Below are positions 14,001 through 28,900 of a stretch of 64,000 nt of DNA, piece by piece. The DNA is from Auanema rhodensis (lineage: Eukaryota; Animalia; Nematoda): NCBI GenBank assembly GCA_964057225.1, contig CAXKVF010000076.1, forward strand, positions 682,001-746,000. Direction: 5' to 3'. The notes under the pieces were generated by a model that did not search any database, was not told the origin of the DNA, and saw only the letters and a list, made by a program, of their open reading frames with translations. A program made the position numbers and the translations under genes. Every line of letters starts with the position of its first letter. The first letter of the stretch is position 1.

Positions 14001-15600
14001 CCATGAACCAATATCAATAAAAATTTGTTTTTAGACTAATATGGACATGGGGAATCTAATTTTGAAAACCGCATCTCTTTATCTTTCACGTGAAGCGAGT
14101 TACATACCAAGTGCACATCACGTGTACATTTAATTAGCATAAATTAAAGTTCACGTAAACTTCAAAGTCATGGTTACCATGAAGCAATATCAATAAAAAT
14201 TTGTTTTTAGACTAATATGGACATGGGGAATCTAATTTTGAAAACCGGATCTCTTTATCTTTCACGGGAAGCGAGTTACATACCAAGTGCACATCACGTG
14301 TACATTTAATTAGCATAAATTAAAGTTCACGTAAATTTCAAAGTCATGGTTACCATGAACCAATATCAATAAAAATTTGTTTTTAGACTAATATGAACAT
14401 GGGGAATCTAATTTTGAAAACCGCATCTCTTTATCTTTCACGTGAAGCGAGTTACATACCAAGTGCACATCACGTGTACATTTAATTAGCATAAATTAAA
14501 GTTCACGTAAATTTCAAAGTCATGGTTACCATGAACCAATATCAATAAAAATTTGTTTTTAGACTAATATGGACATGGGGAATCTAATTTTGAAAACCGC
14601 ATCTCTTTATCTTTCACGTGAAGCGAGTTACATACCAAGTGCACATCACGTGTACATTTAATTAGCATAAATTAAAGTTCACGTAAATTTCAAAGTCATG
14701 GTTACCATGAAGCAATATCAATAAAAATTTGTTTTTAGACTAATATGGACATGGGGAATCTAATTTTGAAAACCGCATCTCTTTATCTTTCACGTGAAGC
14801 GAGTTACATACCAAGTGCACATCACGTGTACATTTAATTAGCATAAATTAAAGTTCACGTAAATTTCAAAGTCATGGTTACCATGAACCAATATCAATAA
14901 AAATTTGTTTTTAGACTAATATGGACATGGGGAATCTAATTTTGAAAACCGCATCTCTTTATCTTTCACGTGAAGCGAGTTACATACCAAGTGCACATCA
15001 CGTGTACATTTAATTAGCATAAATTAAAGTTCACGTAAATTTCAAAGTCATGGTTACCATGAACCAATATCAATAAAAATTTGTTCTTAGACTAATATGG
15101 ACATGGGGAATCTAATTTTGAAAACCGCATCTCTTTATCTTTCACGTGAAGCGAGTTACATACCAAGTGCACATCACGTGTACATTTAATTAGCATAAAT
15201 TAAAGTTCACGTAAATTTCAAAGTCATGGTTACCATGAACCAATATCAATAAAAATTTGTTTTTAGACTAATATGGACATGGGGAATCTAATTTTGAAAA
15301 CCGCATCTCTTTATCTTTCACGTGAAGCGAGTTACATACCAAGTGCACATCACGTGTACATTTAATTAGCATAAATTAAAGTTCACGTAAATTTCAAAGT
15401 CATGGTTACCATGAACCAATATCAATAAAAATTTGTTTTTAGACTAATATGGACATGGGGAATCTAATTTTGAAAACCGCATCTCTTTATCTTTCACGTG
15501 AAGCGAGTTACATACCAAGTGCACATCACGTGTACATTTAATTAGCATAAATTAAAGTTCACGTAAATTTCAAAGTCATGGTTACCATGAACCAATATCA
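8029..15600 (+). repeat. Successive 11-mer (1936 bp), 5-mer (880 bp) and 10-mer (1760 bp) duplications
   Basis: CACGGGAA variant at 9691, 11627, 12507, 14267; ACACCACG at 8662/10598; GTTCTTAG at 13326/15086. Boundaries approximate. Confidence 0.85.
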
Positions 15601-18600
15601 ATAAAAATTTGTTTTTAGACTAATATGGACATGGGGAATCTAATTTTGAAAACCGCATCTCTTTATCTTTCACGTGAAGCGAGTTACATACCAAGTGCAC
15701 ATCACGTGTACATTTAATTAGCATAAATTAAAGTTCACGTAAAATTCAAAGTCATGGTTACCATGCACCAATATCAATAAAAATTTGTTTTTAGACTAAT
15801 ATGGACATGGGGAATCTAATTTTGAAAACCGCATCTCTTTATCTTTCACGTGAAGCGAGTTACATACCAAGTGCACATCACGTGTACATTTAATTAGCAT
15901 AAATTACAGTTCACGTAAATTTCAAAGTCATGGTTACCATGCACCAATATCAATAAAAATTTGTTTTTAGACTAATATGGACATGGGGAATCTAATTTTG
16001 AAAACCGCATCTCTTTATCTTTCACGTGAAGCGAGTTACATACCAAGTGCACATCACGTGTACATTTAATTAGCATAAATTAAAGTTCACGTAAATTTCA
16101 AAGTCATGGTTACCATGAACCAATATCAATAAAAATTTGTTTTTAGACTAATATGGACATGGGGAATCTAATTTTGAAAACCGCATCTCTTTATCTTTCA
16201 CGTGAAGCGAGTTACATACCAAGTGCACATCACGTGTACATTTAATTAGCATAAATTAAAGTTCACGTAAACTTCAAAGTCATGGTTACCATGAAGCAAT
16301 ATCAATAAAAATTTGTTTTTAGACTAATATGGACATGGGGAATCTAATTTTGAAAACCGCATCTCTTTATCTTTCACGTGAAGCGAGTTACATACCAAGT
16401 GCACATCACGTGTACATTTAATTAGCATAAATTAAAGTTCACGTAAATTTCAAAGTCATGGTTACCATGAACCAATATCAATAAAAATTTGTTTTTAGAC
16501 TAATATGGACATGGGGAATCTAATTTTGAAAACCGCATCTCTTTATCTTTCACGTGAAGCGAGTTACATACCAAGTGCACATCACGTGTACATTTAATTA
16601 GCATAAATTAAAGTTCACGTAAACTTCAAAGTCATGGTTACCATGAAGCAATATCAATAAAAATTTGTTTTTAGACTAATATGGACATGGGGAATCTAAT
16701 TTTGAAAACCGCATCTCTTTATCTTTCACGTGAAGCGAGTTACATACCAAGTGCACATCACGTGTACATTTAATTAGCATAAATTAAAGTTCACGTAAAT
16801 TTCAAAGTCATGGTTACCATGAACCAATATCAATAAAAATTTGTTTTTAGACTAATATGGACATGGGGAATCTAATTTTGAAAACCGCATCTCTTTATCT
16901 TTCACGTGAAGCGAGTTACATACCAAGTGCACATCACGTGTACATTTAATTAGCATAAATTAAAGTTCACGTAAATTTCAAAGTCATGGTTACCATGAAC
17001 CAATATCAATAAAAATTTGTTTTTAGACTAATATGGACATGGGGAATCTAATTTTGAAAACCGCATCTCTTTATCTTTCACGTGAAGCGAGTTACATACC
17101 AAGTGCACATCACGTGTACATTTAATTAGCATAAATTAAAGTTCACGTAAACTTCAAAGTCATGGTTACCATGAAGCAATATCAATAAAAATTTGTTTTT
17201 AGACTAATATGGACATGGGGAATCTAATTTTGAAAACCGCATCTCTTTATCTTTCACGTGAAGCGAGTTACATACCAAGTGCACATCACGTGTACATTTA
17301 ATTAGCATAAATTAAAGTTCACGTAAATTTCAAAGTCATGGTTACCATGAACCAATATCAATAAAAATTTGTTTTTAGACTAATATGGACATGGGGAATC
17401 TAATTTTGAAAACCGCATCTCTTTATCTTTCACGTGAAGCGAGTTACATACCAAGTGCACATCACGTGTACATTTAATTAGCATAAATTAAAGTTCACGT
17501 AAATTTCAAAGTCATGGTTACCATGAACCAATATCAATAAAAACTTGTTTTTAGACTAATATGGACATGGGGAATCTAATTTTGAAAACCGCATCTCTTT
17601 ATCTTTCACGTGAAGCGAGTTACATACCAAGTGCACATCACGTGCACATTTAATTAGCATAAATTAAAGTTCACGTAAATTTCAAAGTCATGGTTACCAT
17701 GAAGCAATATCAATAAAAATTTGTTTTTAAACTAATATGGACATGGGGAATCTAATTTTGAAAACCGCATCTCTTTATCTTTCACGTGAAGCGAGTTACA
17801 TACCAAGTGCACATCACGTGTACATTTAATTAGCATAAATTAAAGTTCACGTAAATTTCAAAGTCATGGTTACCATGAACCAATATCAATAAAAATTTGT
17901 TTTTAGACTAATATGGACATGGGGAATCTAATTTTGAGAACCGCATTTCTTTATCTTTCACGTGAAGCGAGTTACATACCAAGTGCACATCACGTGTACA
18001 TTTAATTAGCATAAATTAAAGTTCACGTAAATTTCAAAGTCATGGTTACCATGAACCAATATCAATAAAAATTTGTTTTTAGACTAATATGGACATGGGG
18101 AATCTAATTTTGAAAACCGCATCTCTTTATCTTTCACGTGAAGCGAGTTACATACCAAGTGCACATCACGTGTACATTTAATTAGCATAAATTAAAGTTC
18201 ACGTAAATTTCAAAGTCATGGTTACCATGAACCAATATCAATAAAAATTTGTTTTTAGACTAATATGGACATGGGGAATCTAATTTTGAAAACCGCATCT
18301 CTTTATCTTTCACGTGAAGCGAGTTACATACCAAGTGCACATCACGTGTACATTTAATTAGCATAAATTAAAGTTCACGTAAAATTCAAAGTCATGGTTA
18401 CCATGCACCAATATCAATAAAAATTTGTTTTTAGACTAATATGGACATGGGGAATCTAATTTTGAAAACCGCATCTCTTTATCTTTCACGTGAAGCGAGT
18501 TACATACCAAGTGCACATCACGTGTACATTTAATTAGCATAAATTACAGTTCACGTAAATTTCAAAGTCATGGTTACCATGCACCAATATCAATAAAAAT

Positions 18601-20160
18601 TTGTTTTTAGACTAATATGGACATGGGGAATCTAATTTTCAAAACCGCATCTCTTTATCTTTCACGTGAAGCGAGTTACATACCAAGTGCACATCACGTG
18701 TACATTTAATTAGCATAAATTAAAGTTCACGTAAATTTCAAAGTCATGGTTACCATGAACCAATATCAATAAAAATTTGTTTTTAGACTAATATGGACAT
18801 GGGGAATCTAATTTTGAAAACCGCATCTCTTTATCTTTCACGTGAAGCGAGTTACATACCAAGTGCACATCACGTGTACATTTAATTAGCATAAATTAAA
18901 GTTCACGTAAACTTCAAAGTCATGGTTACCATGAAGCAATATCAATAAAAATTTGTTTTTAGACTAATATGGACATGGGGAATCTAATTTTGAAAACCGC
19001 ATCTCTTTATCTTTCACGTGAAGCGAGTTACATACCAAGTGCACATCACGTGTACATTTAATTAGCATAAATTAAAGTTCACGTAAATTTCAAAGTCATG
19101 GTTACCATGAACCAATATCAATAAAAATTTGTTTTTAGACTAATATGGACATGGGGAATCTAATTTTGAAAACCGCATCTCTTTATCTTTCACGTGAAGC
19201 GAGTTACATACCAAGTGCACATCACGTGTACATTTAATTAGCATAAATTAAAGTTCACGTAAACTTCAAAGTCATGGTTACCATGAAGCAATATCAATAA
19301 AAATTTGTTTTTAGACTAATATGGACATGGGGAATCTAATTTTGAAAACCGCATCTCTTTATCTTTCACGTGAAGCGAGTTACATACCAAGTGCACATCA
19401 CGTGTACATTTAATTAGCATAAATTAAAGTTCACGTAAATTTCAAAGTCATGGTTACCATGAACCAATATCAATAAAAATTTGTTTTTAGACTAATATGG
19501 ACATGGGGAATCTAATTTTGAAAACCGCATCTCTTTATCTTTCACGTGAAGCGAGTTACATACCAAGTGCACATCACGTGTACATTTAATTAGCATAAAT
19601 TAAAGTTCACGTAAATTTCAAAGTCATGGTTACCATGAACCAATATCAATAAAAATTTGTTTTTAGACTAATATGGACATGGGGAATCTAATTTTGAAAA
19701 CCGCATCTCTTTATCTTTCACGTGAAGCGAGTTACATACCAAGTGCACATCACGTGTACATTTAATTAGCATAAATTAAAGTTCACGTAAACTTCAAAGT
19801 CATGGTTACCATGAAGCAATATCAATAAAAATTTGTTTTTAGACTAATATGGACATGGGGAATCTAATTTTGAAAACCGCATCTCTTTATCTTTCACGTG
19901 AAGCGAGTTACATACCAAGTGCACATCACGTGTACATTTAATTAGCATAAATTAAAGTTCACGTAAATTTCAAAGTCATGGTTACCATGAACCAATATCA
20001 ATAAAAATTTGTTTTTAGACTAATATGGACATGGGGAATCTAATTTTGAAAACCGCATCTCTTTATCTTTCACGTGAAGCGAGTTACATACCAAGTGCAC
20101 ATCACGTGTACATTTAATTAGCATAAATTAAAGTTCACGTAAATTTCAAAGTCATGGTTA
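15421..20160 (+). repeat. 15-mer duplication (period 2640 bp)
   Basis: AAAATTC variant at 15744/18384 and TTACAG at 15907/18547, with the same downstream AAACTTC pattern. Boundaries approximate. Confidence 0.85.
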
Positions 20161-22989
20161 CCATGCACCAATATCAATAAAAATTTGTTTTTAGACTAAT
20201 ATGGACATGGGGAATCTAATTTTGAAAACCGCATCTCTTTATCTTTCACGTGAAGCGAGTTACATACCAAGTGCACATCACGTGTACATTTAATTAGCAT
20301 AAATTAAAGTTCACGTAAATTTCAAAGTCATGGTTACCATGAACCAATATCAATAAAAATTTGTTTTTAGACTAATATGGACATGGGGAATCTAATTTTG
20401 AAAACCGCATTTCTTTATCTTTCACGTGAAGCGAGTTACATACCAAGTGCACATCACGTGTACATTTAATTAGCATAAATTAAAGTTCACGTAAATTTCA
20501 AAGTCATGGTTACCATGAACCAATATCAATAAAAATTTGTTTTTAGACTAATATGGACATGGGGAATCTAATTTTGAAAACCGCATCTCTTTATCTTTCA
20601 CGTGAAGCGAGTTACATACCAAGTGCACATCACGTGTACATTTAATTAGCATAAATTAAAGTTCACGTAAATTTCAAAGTCATGGTTACCATGAACCAAT
20701 ATCAATAAAAATTTGTTTTTAGACTAATATGGACATGGGGAACCTAATTTTGAAAACCGCATCTCTTTATCTTTCACGTGAAGCGAGTTACATACCAAGT
20801 GCACATCACGTGTACATTTAATTAGCATAAATTAAAGTTCACGTAAATTTCAAAGTCATGGTTACCATGAAGCAATATCAATAAAAATTTGTTTTTAGAC
20901 TAATATGGACATGGGGAATCTAATTTTGAAAACCGCATCTCTTTATCTTTCACGTGAAGCGAGTTACATACCAAGTGCACATCACGTGTACATTTAATTA
21001 GCATAAATTAAAGTTCACGTAAATTTCAAAGTCATGGTTACCATGAAGCAATATCAATAAAAATTTGTTTTTAGACTAATATGGACATGGGGAATCTAAT
21101 TTTGAAAACCGCATCTCTTTATCTTTCACGTGAAGCGAGTTACATACCAAGTGCACATCACGTGTACATTTAATTAGCATAAATTAAAGTTCACGTAAAT
21201 TTCAAAGTCATGGTTACCATGAACCAATATCAATAAAAATTTGATTTTAGACTAATATGGACATGGGGAATCTAATTTTGAAAACCGCATTTCTTTATCT
21301 TTCACGTGAAGCGAGTTACATACCAAGTGCACATCACGTGTACATTTAATTAGCATAAATTAAAGTTCACGTAAATTTCAAAATCATGGTTACCATGCAC
21401 CAATATCAATAAAAATTTGTTTTTAGACTAATATGGACATGGGGAATCTAATTTTGAAAACCGCATCTCTTTATCTTTCACGTGAAGCAAGTTACATACC
21501 AAGTGCACATCACGTGTACATTTAATTAGCATAAATTAAAGTTCACGTAAATTTCAAAGTCATGGTTACCATGAACCAATATCAATAAAAATTTGTTTTT
21601 AGACTAATATGGACATGGGGAATCTAATTTTGAAAACCGCATTTCTTTATCTTTCACGTGAAGCGAGTTACATACCAAGTGCACATCACGTGTACATTTA
21701 ATTAGCATAAATTAAAGTTCACGTAAATTTCAAAGTCATGGTTACCATGCACCAATATCAATAAAAATTTGTTTTTAGACTAATATGGACATGGGGAATC
21801 TAATTTTGAAAACCGCATCTCTTTATCTTTCACGTGAAGCGAGTTACATACCAAGTGCACATCACGTGTACATTTAATTAGCATAAATTAAAGTTCACGT
21901 AAATTTCAAAGTCATGGTTACCATGAACCAATATCAATAAAAATTTGTTTTTAGACTAATATGGACATGGGGAATCTAATTTTGAAAACCGCATCTCTTC
22001 ATCTTTCACGTGAAGCGAGTTACATACCAAGTGCACATCACGTGTACATTTAATTAGCATAAATTAAAGTTCACGTAAACTTCAAAGTCATGGTTACCAT
22101 GAAGCAATATCAATAAAAATTTGTTTTTAGACTAATATGGACATGGGGAATCTAATTTTGAAAACCGCATCTCTTTATCTTTCACGTGAAGCGAGTTACA
22201 TACCAAGTGCACATCACGTGTACATTTAATTAGCATAAATTAAAGTTCACGTAAATTTCAAAGTCATGGTTACCATGAACCAATATCAATAAAAATTTGT
22301 TTTTTGACTAATATGGACATGGGGAATCTAATTTTGAAAACCGCATCTCTTCATCTTTCACGTGAAGCGAGTTACATACCAAGTGCACATCACGTGTACA
22401 TTTAATTAGCATAAATTAAAGTTCACGTAAACTTCAAAGTCATGGTTACCATGAAGCAATATCAATAAAAATTTGTTTTTAGACTAATATGGACATGGGG
22501 AATCTAATTTTGAAAACCGCATCTCTTTATCTTTCACGTGAAGCGAGTTACATACCAAGTGCACATCACGTGTATATTTAATTAGCATAAATTAAAGTTC
22601 ACGTAAATTTCAAAGTCATGGTTACCATGAACCAATATCAATAAAAATTTGTTTTTAGACTAATATGGACATGGGGAATCTAATTTTGAAAACCGCATCT
22701 CTTTATCTTTCACGTGAAGCGAGTTACATACCAAGTGCACATCACGTGTACATTTAATTAACATAAATTGAAGTTCACGTAAATTTCAAAGTCATGGTTA
22801 CCATGCACCAATATCAATAAAAATTTGTTTTTAGACTAATATGGACATGGGGAATCTAATTTTGAAAACCGCATCTCTTTATCTTTCACGTGAAGCGAGT
22901 TACATACCAAGTGCACATCACGTGTACATTTAATTAGCATAAATTAAAGTTCACGTAAATTTCAAAGTCATGGTTACCATGAACCAATA

Positions 22990-25900
22990 TCAATAAAAAT
23001 TTGTTTTTAGACTAATATGGACATGGGGAATCTAATTTTGAAAACCGCATCTCTTTATCTTTCACGTGAAGCGAGTTACATACCAAGTGCACATCACGTG
23101 TACATTTAATTAGCATAAATTAAAGTTCACGTAAATTTCAAAGTCATGGTTACCATGAACCAATATCAATAAAAATTTGTTTTTAGACTAATATGGACAT
23201 GGGGAATCTAATTTTGAAAACCGCATCTCTTTATCTTTCACGTGAAGCGAGTAGTTACATACCAAGTGCACATCACGTGTACATTTAATTAGCATAAATT
23301 AAAGTTCACGTAAATTTCAAAGTCATGGTTACCATGAACCAATATCAATAAAAATTTGTTTTTAGACTAATGTGGACATGGGGAATCTAATTTTGAAAAC
23401 CGCATCTCTTTATCTTTCACGTGAAGCGAGTTACATACCAAGTGCACATCACGTGTACATTTAATTAGCATAAATTAAAGTTCACGTAAATTTCAAAGTC
23501 ATGGTTACCATGAACCAATATCAATAAAAATTTGTTTTTAGACTAATATGGACATGGGGAATCTAATTTTGAAAACCGCATCTCTTTATCTTTCACGTGT
23601 AGCGAGTTACATACCAAGTGCACATCACGTGTACATTTAATTAGCATAAATTAAAGTTCACGTAAATTTCAAAGTCATGGTTACCATGAACCAATATCAA
23701 TAAAAATTTGTTTTTAGACTAATATGGACATGGGGAATCTAATTTTGAAAACCGCATCTCTTTATCTTTCACGTGAAGCGAGTTACATACCAAGTGCACA
23801 TCACGTGTACATTTAATTAACATAAATTGAAGTTCACGTAAATTTCAAAGTCATGGTTACCATGCACCAATATCAATAAAAATTTGTTTTTAGACTAATA
23901 TGGACATGGGGAATCTAATTTTGAAAACCGCATCTCTTTATCTTTCACGTGAAGCGAGTTACATACCAAGTGCACATCACGTGTACATTTAATTAGCATA
24001 AATTAAAGTTCACGTAAATTTCAAAGTCATGGTTACCATGAACCAATATCAATAAAAATTTGTTTTTAGACTAATATGGACATGGGGAATCTAATTTTGA
24101 AAACCGCATCTCTTTATCTTTCACGTGAAGCGAGTTACATACCAAGTGCACATCACGTGTACATTTAATTAGCATAAATTAAAGTTCACGTAAATTTCAA
24201 AGTCATGGTTACCATGAACCAATATCAATAAAAATTTGTTTTTAGACTAATATGGACATGGGGAATCTAATTTTGAAAACCGCATCTCTTTATCTTTCAC
24301 GTGAAGCGAGTTACATACCAAGTGCACATCACGTGTACATTTAATTAGCATAAATTAAAGTTCACGTAAATTTCAAAGTCATGGTTACCATGAACCAATA
24401 TCAATAAAAATTTGTTTTTAGACTAATATGGACATGGGGAATCTAATTTTGAGAACCGCATTTCTTTATCTTTCACGTGAAGCGAGTTACATACCAAGTG
24501 CACATCACGTGTACATTTAATTAGCATAAATTAAAGTTCACGTAAATTTCAAAGTCATGGTTACCATGCACCAATATCAATAAAAATTTGTTCTTAGACT
24601 AATATGGACATGGGGAATCTAATTTTGAAAACCGCATCTTTTTATCTTTCACGTGAAGCGAGTTACATACCAAGTGCACATCACGTGTACATTTAATTAG
24701 CATAAATTAAAGTTCACGTAAATTTCAAAGTCATGGTTACCATGAACCAATATCAATAAAAATTTGTTTTTAGACTAATATGGACATGGGGAATCTAATT
24801 TTGAAAACCGCATCTCTTTATCTTTCACGTGAAGCGAGTTACATACCAAGTGCACATCACGTGTACATTTAATTAGCATAAATTAAAGTTCACGTAAATT
24901 TCAAAGTCATGGTTACCATGAACCAATATCAATAAAAATTTGTTTTTAGACTAATATGGACATGGGGAATCTAATTTTGAAAACCGCATCTCTTTATCTT
25001 TCACGTGAAGCGAGCTACATACCAAGTGCACATCACGTGTACATTTAATTAGCATAAATTAAAGTTCACGTAAATTTCAAAGTCATGGTTACCATGAAGC
25101 AATATCAATAAAAATTTGTTTTCAGACTAATATGGACATGGGGAATCTAATTTTGAAAACCGCATCTCTTTTTCTTTCACGTGAAGCGAGTTACATACCA
25201 AGTGCACATCACGTGTACATTTAATTAGCATAAATTAAAGTTCACGTAAATTTCAAAGTCATGGTTACCATGAACCAATATCAATAAAAATTTGTTTTTA
25301 GACTAATATGGACATGGGGAATCTAATTTTGAAAACCGCATCTCTTTATCTTTCACGTGAAGCGAGTTACATACCAAGTGCACATCACGTGTACATTTAA
25401 TTAGCATAAATTAAAGTTCACGTAAATTTCAAAGTCATGGTTACCATGAAGCAATATCAATAAAAATTTGTTTTTAGACTAATATGACCATGGGGAATCT
25501 AACTTTGAAAACCGCATCTCTTTATCTTTCACGTGAAGCGAGTTACATACCAAGTGCACATCACGTGTACATTTAATTAGCATAAATTAAAGTTCACGTA
25601 AATTTCAAAGTCATGGTTACCATGAACCAATATCAATAAAAATTTGTTTTTAGACTAATATGGACATGGGGAATCTAATTTTGAAAACCGCATCTCTTTA
25701 TCTTTCACGTGAAGCGAGTTACATACCAAGTGCACATCACGTGTACATTTAATTAGCATAAATTAAAGTTCACGTAAATTTCAAAGTCATGGTTACCATT
25801 AACCAATATCAATAAAAATTTGTTTTTAGACTAATATGGACATGGGGAATCTAATTTTGAAAACCGCATCTCTTTATCTTTCACGTGAAGCGAGCTACAT

Positions 25901-28900
25901 ACCAAGTGCACATCACGTGTACATTTAATTAGCATAAATTAAAGTTCACGTAAATTTCAAAGTCATGGTTACCATGAAGCAATATCAATAAAAATTTGTT
26001 TTCAGACTAATATGGACATGGGGAATCTAATTTTGAAAACCGCATCTCTTTTTCTTTCACGTGAAGCGAGTTACATACCAAGTGCACATCACGTGTACAT
26101 TTAATTAGCATAAATTAAAGTTCACGTAAATTTCAAAGTCATGGTTACCATGAACCAATATCAATAAAAATTTGTTTTTAGACTAATATGGACATGGGGA
26201 ATCTAATTTTGAAAACCGCATCTCTTTATCTTTCACGTGAAGCGAGTTACATACCAAGTGCACATCACGTGTACATTTAATTAGCATAAATTAAAGTTCA
26301 CGTAAATTTCAAAGTCATGGTTACCATGAAGCAATATCAATAAAAATTTGTTTTTAGACTAATATGACCATGGGGAATCTAACTTTGAAAACCGCATCTC
26401 TTTATCTTTCACGTGAAGCGAGTTACATACCAAGTGCACATCACGTGTACATTTAATTAGCATAAATTAAAGTTCACGTAAATTTCAAAGTCATGGTTAC
26501 CATGAACCAATATCAATAAAAATTTGTTTTTAGACTAATATGGACATGGGGAATCTAATTTTGAAAACCGCATCTCTTTATCTTTCACGTGAAGCGAGTT
26601 ACATACCAAGTGCACATCACGTGTACATTTAATTAGCATAAATTAAAGTTCACGTAAATTTCAAAGTCATGGTTACCATGAACCAATATCAATAAAAATT
26701 TGTTTTTAGACTAATATGGACATGGGGAATCTAATTTTGAAAACCGCATCTCTTTATCTTTCACGTGAAGCGAGTTACATACCAAGTGCACATCACGTGT
26801 ACATTTAATTAGCATAAATTAAAGTTCACGTAAATTTCAAAGTCATGGTTACCATGAACCAATATCAATAAAAATTTGTTTTTAGACTAATATGGACATG
26901 GGGAATCTAATTTTGAAAACCGCATCTCTTTATCTTTCACGTGAAGCGAGTTACATACCAAGTGCACATCACGTGTACATTTAATTAGCATAAATTAAAG
27001 TTCACGTAAACTTCAAAGTCATGGTTACCATGAACCAATATCAATAAAAATTTGTTTATAGACTAATATGGACATGGGGAATCTAATTTTGAAAACCGCA
27101 TCTCTTTATCTTTCACGTGAAGCGAGTTACATACCAAGTGCACATCACGTGTACATTTAATTAGCATAAATTAAAGTTCACGTAAATTTCAAAGTCATGG
27201 TTACCATGAACCAATATCAATAAAAATTTGTTTTTAGACTAATATGGACATGGGGAATCTAATTTTGAAAACCGCATCTCTTTATCTTTCACGTGAAGCG
27301 AGTTACATACCAAGTGCACATCACGTGTACATTTAATTAGCATAAATTAAAGTTCACGTAAACTTCAAAGTCATGGTTACCATGAAGCAATATCAATAAA
27401 AATTTGTTTTTAGACTAATATGGACATGGGGAATCTAATTTTGAAAACCGCATCTCTTTATCTTTCACGTGAAGCGAGTTACATACCAAGTGCACATCAC
27501 GTGTACATTTAATTAGCATAAATTAAAGTTCACGTAAATTTCAAAGTCATGGTTACCATGAAGCAATATCAATAAAAATTTGTTTTTAGACTAATATGGA
27601 CATGGGGAATCTAATTTTGAAAACCGCATCTCTTTATCTTTCACGTGAAGCGAGTTACATACCAAGTGCACATCACGTGTACATTTAATTAGCATAAATT
27701 AAAGTTCACGTAAATTTCAAAGTCATGGTTACCATGCACCAATATCAATAAAAATTTGTTTTTAGACTAATATGGACATGGGAAATCTAATTTTGAAAAC
27801 CGCATCTCTTTATCTTTCACGTGAAGCGAGTTACATACCAAGTGCACATCACGTGTACATTTAATTAGCATAAATTAAAGTTCACGTAAATTTCAAAGTC
27901 ATGGTTACCATGAACCAATATCAATAAAAATTTGTTTTTAGACTAATATGGACATGGGGAATCTAATTTTGAAAACCGCATCTCTTTATCTTTCACGTGA
28001 AGCGAGTTACATACCGGGTGCACATCACGTGTACATTTAATTAGCATAAATTAAAGTTCACGTAAATTTCAAAGTCATGGTTACCATGAACCAATATCAA
28101 TAAAAATTTGTTTTTAGACTAATATGGACATGGGGAATCTAATTTTGAAAACCGCATCTCTTTATCTTTCACGTGAAGCGAGTTACATACCAAGTGCACA
28201 TCACGTGTACATTTAATTAGCATAAATTAAAGTTCACGTAAATTTCAAAGTCATGGTTACCATGAACCAATATCAATAAAAATTTGTTTTTAGACTAATA
28301 TGGACATGGGGAATCTAATTTTGAAAACCGCATCTCTTTATCTTTCACGTGAAGCGAGTAGTTACATACCAAGTGCACATCACGTGTACATTTAATTAGC
28401 ATAAATTAAAGTTCACGTAAATTTCAAAGTCATGGTTACCATGAACCAATATCAATAAAAATTTGTTTTTAGACTAATGTGGACATGGGGAATCTAATTT
28501 TGAAAACCGCATCTCTTTATCTTTCACGTGAAGCGAGTTACATACCAAGTGCACATCACGTGTACATTTAATTAGCATAAATTAAAGTTCACGTAAATTT
28601 CAAAGTCATGGTTACCATGAACCAATATCAATAAAAATTTGTTTTTAGACTAATATGGACATGGGGAATCTAATTTTGAAAACCGCATCTCTTTATCTTT
28701 CACGTGTAGCGAGTTACATACCAAGTGCACATCACGTGTACATTTAATTAGCATAAATTAAAGTTCACGTAAATTTCAAAGTCATGGTTACCATGAACCA
28801 ATATCAATAAAAATTTGTTTTTAGACTAATATGGACATGGGGAATCTAATTTTGAAAACCGCATCTCTTTATCTTTCACGTGAAGCGAGTTACATACCAA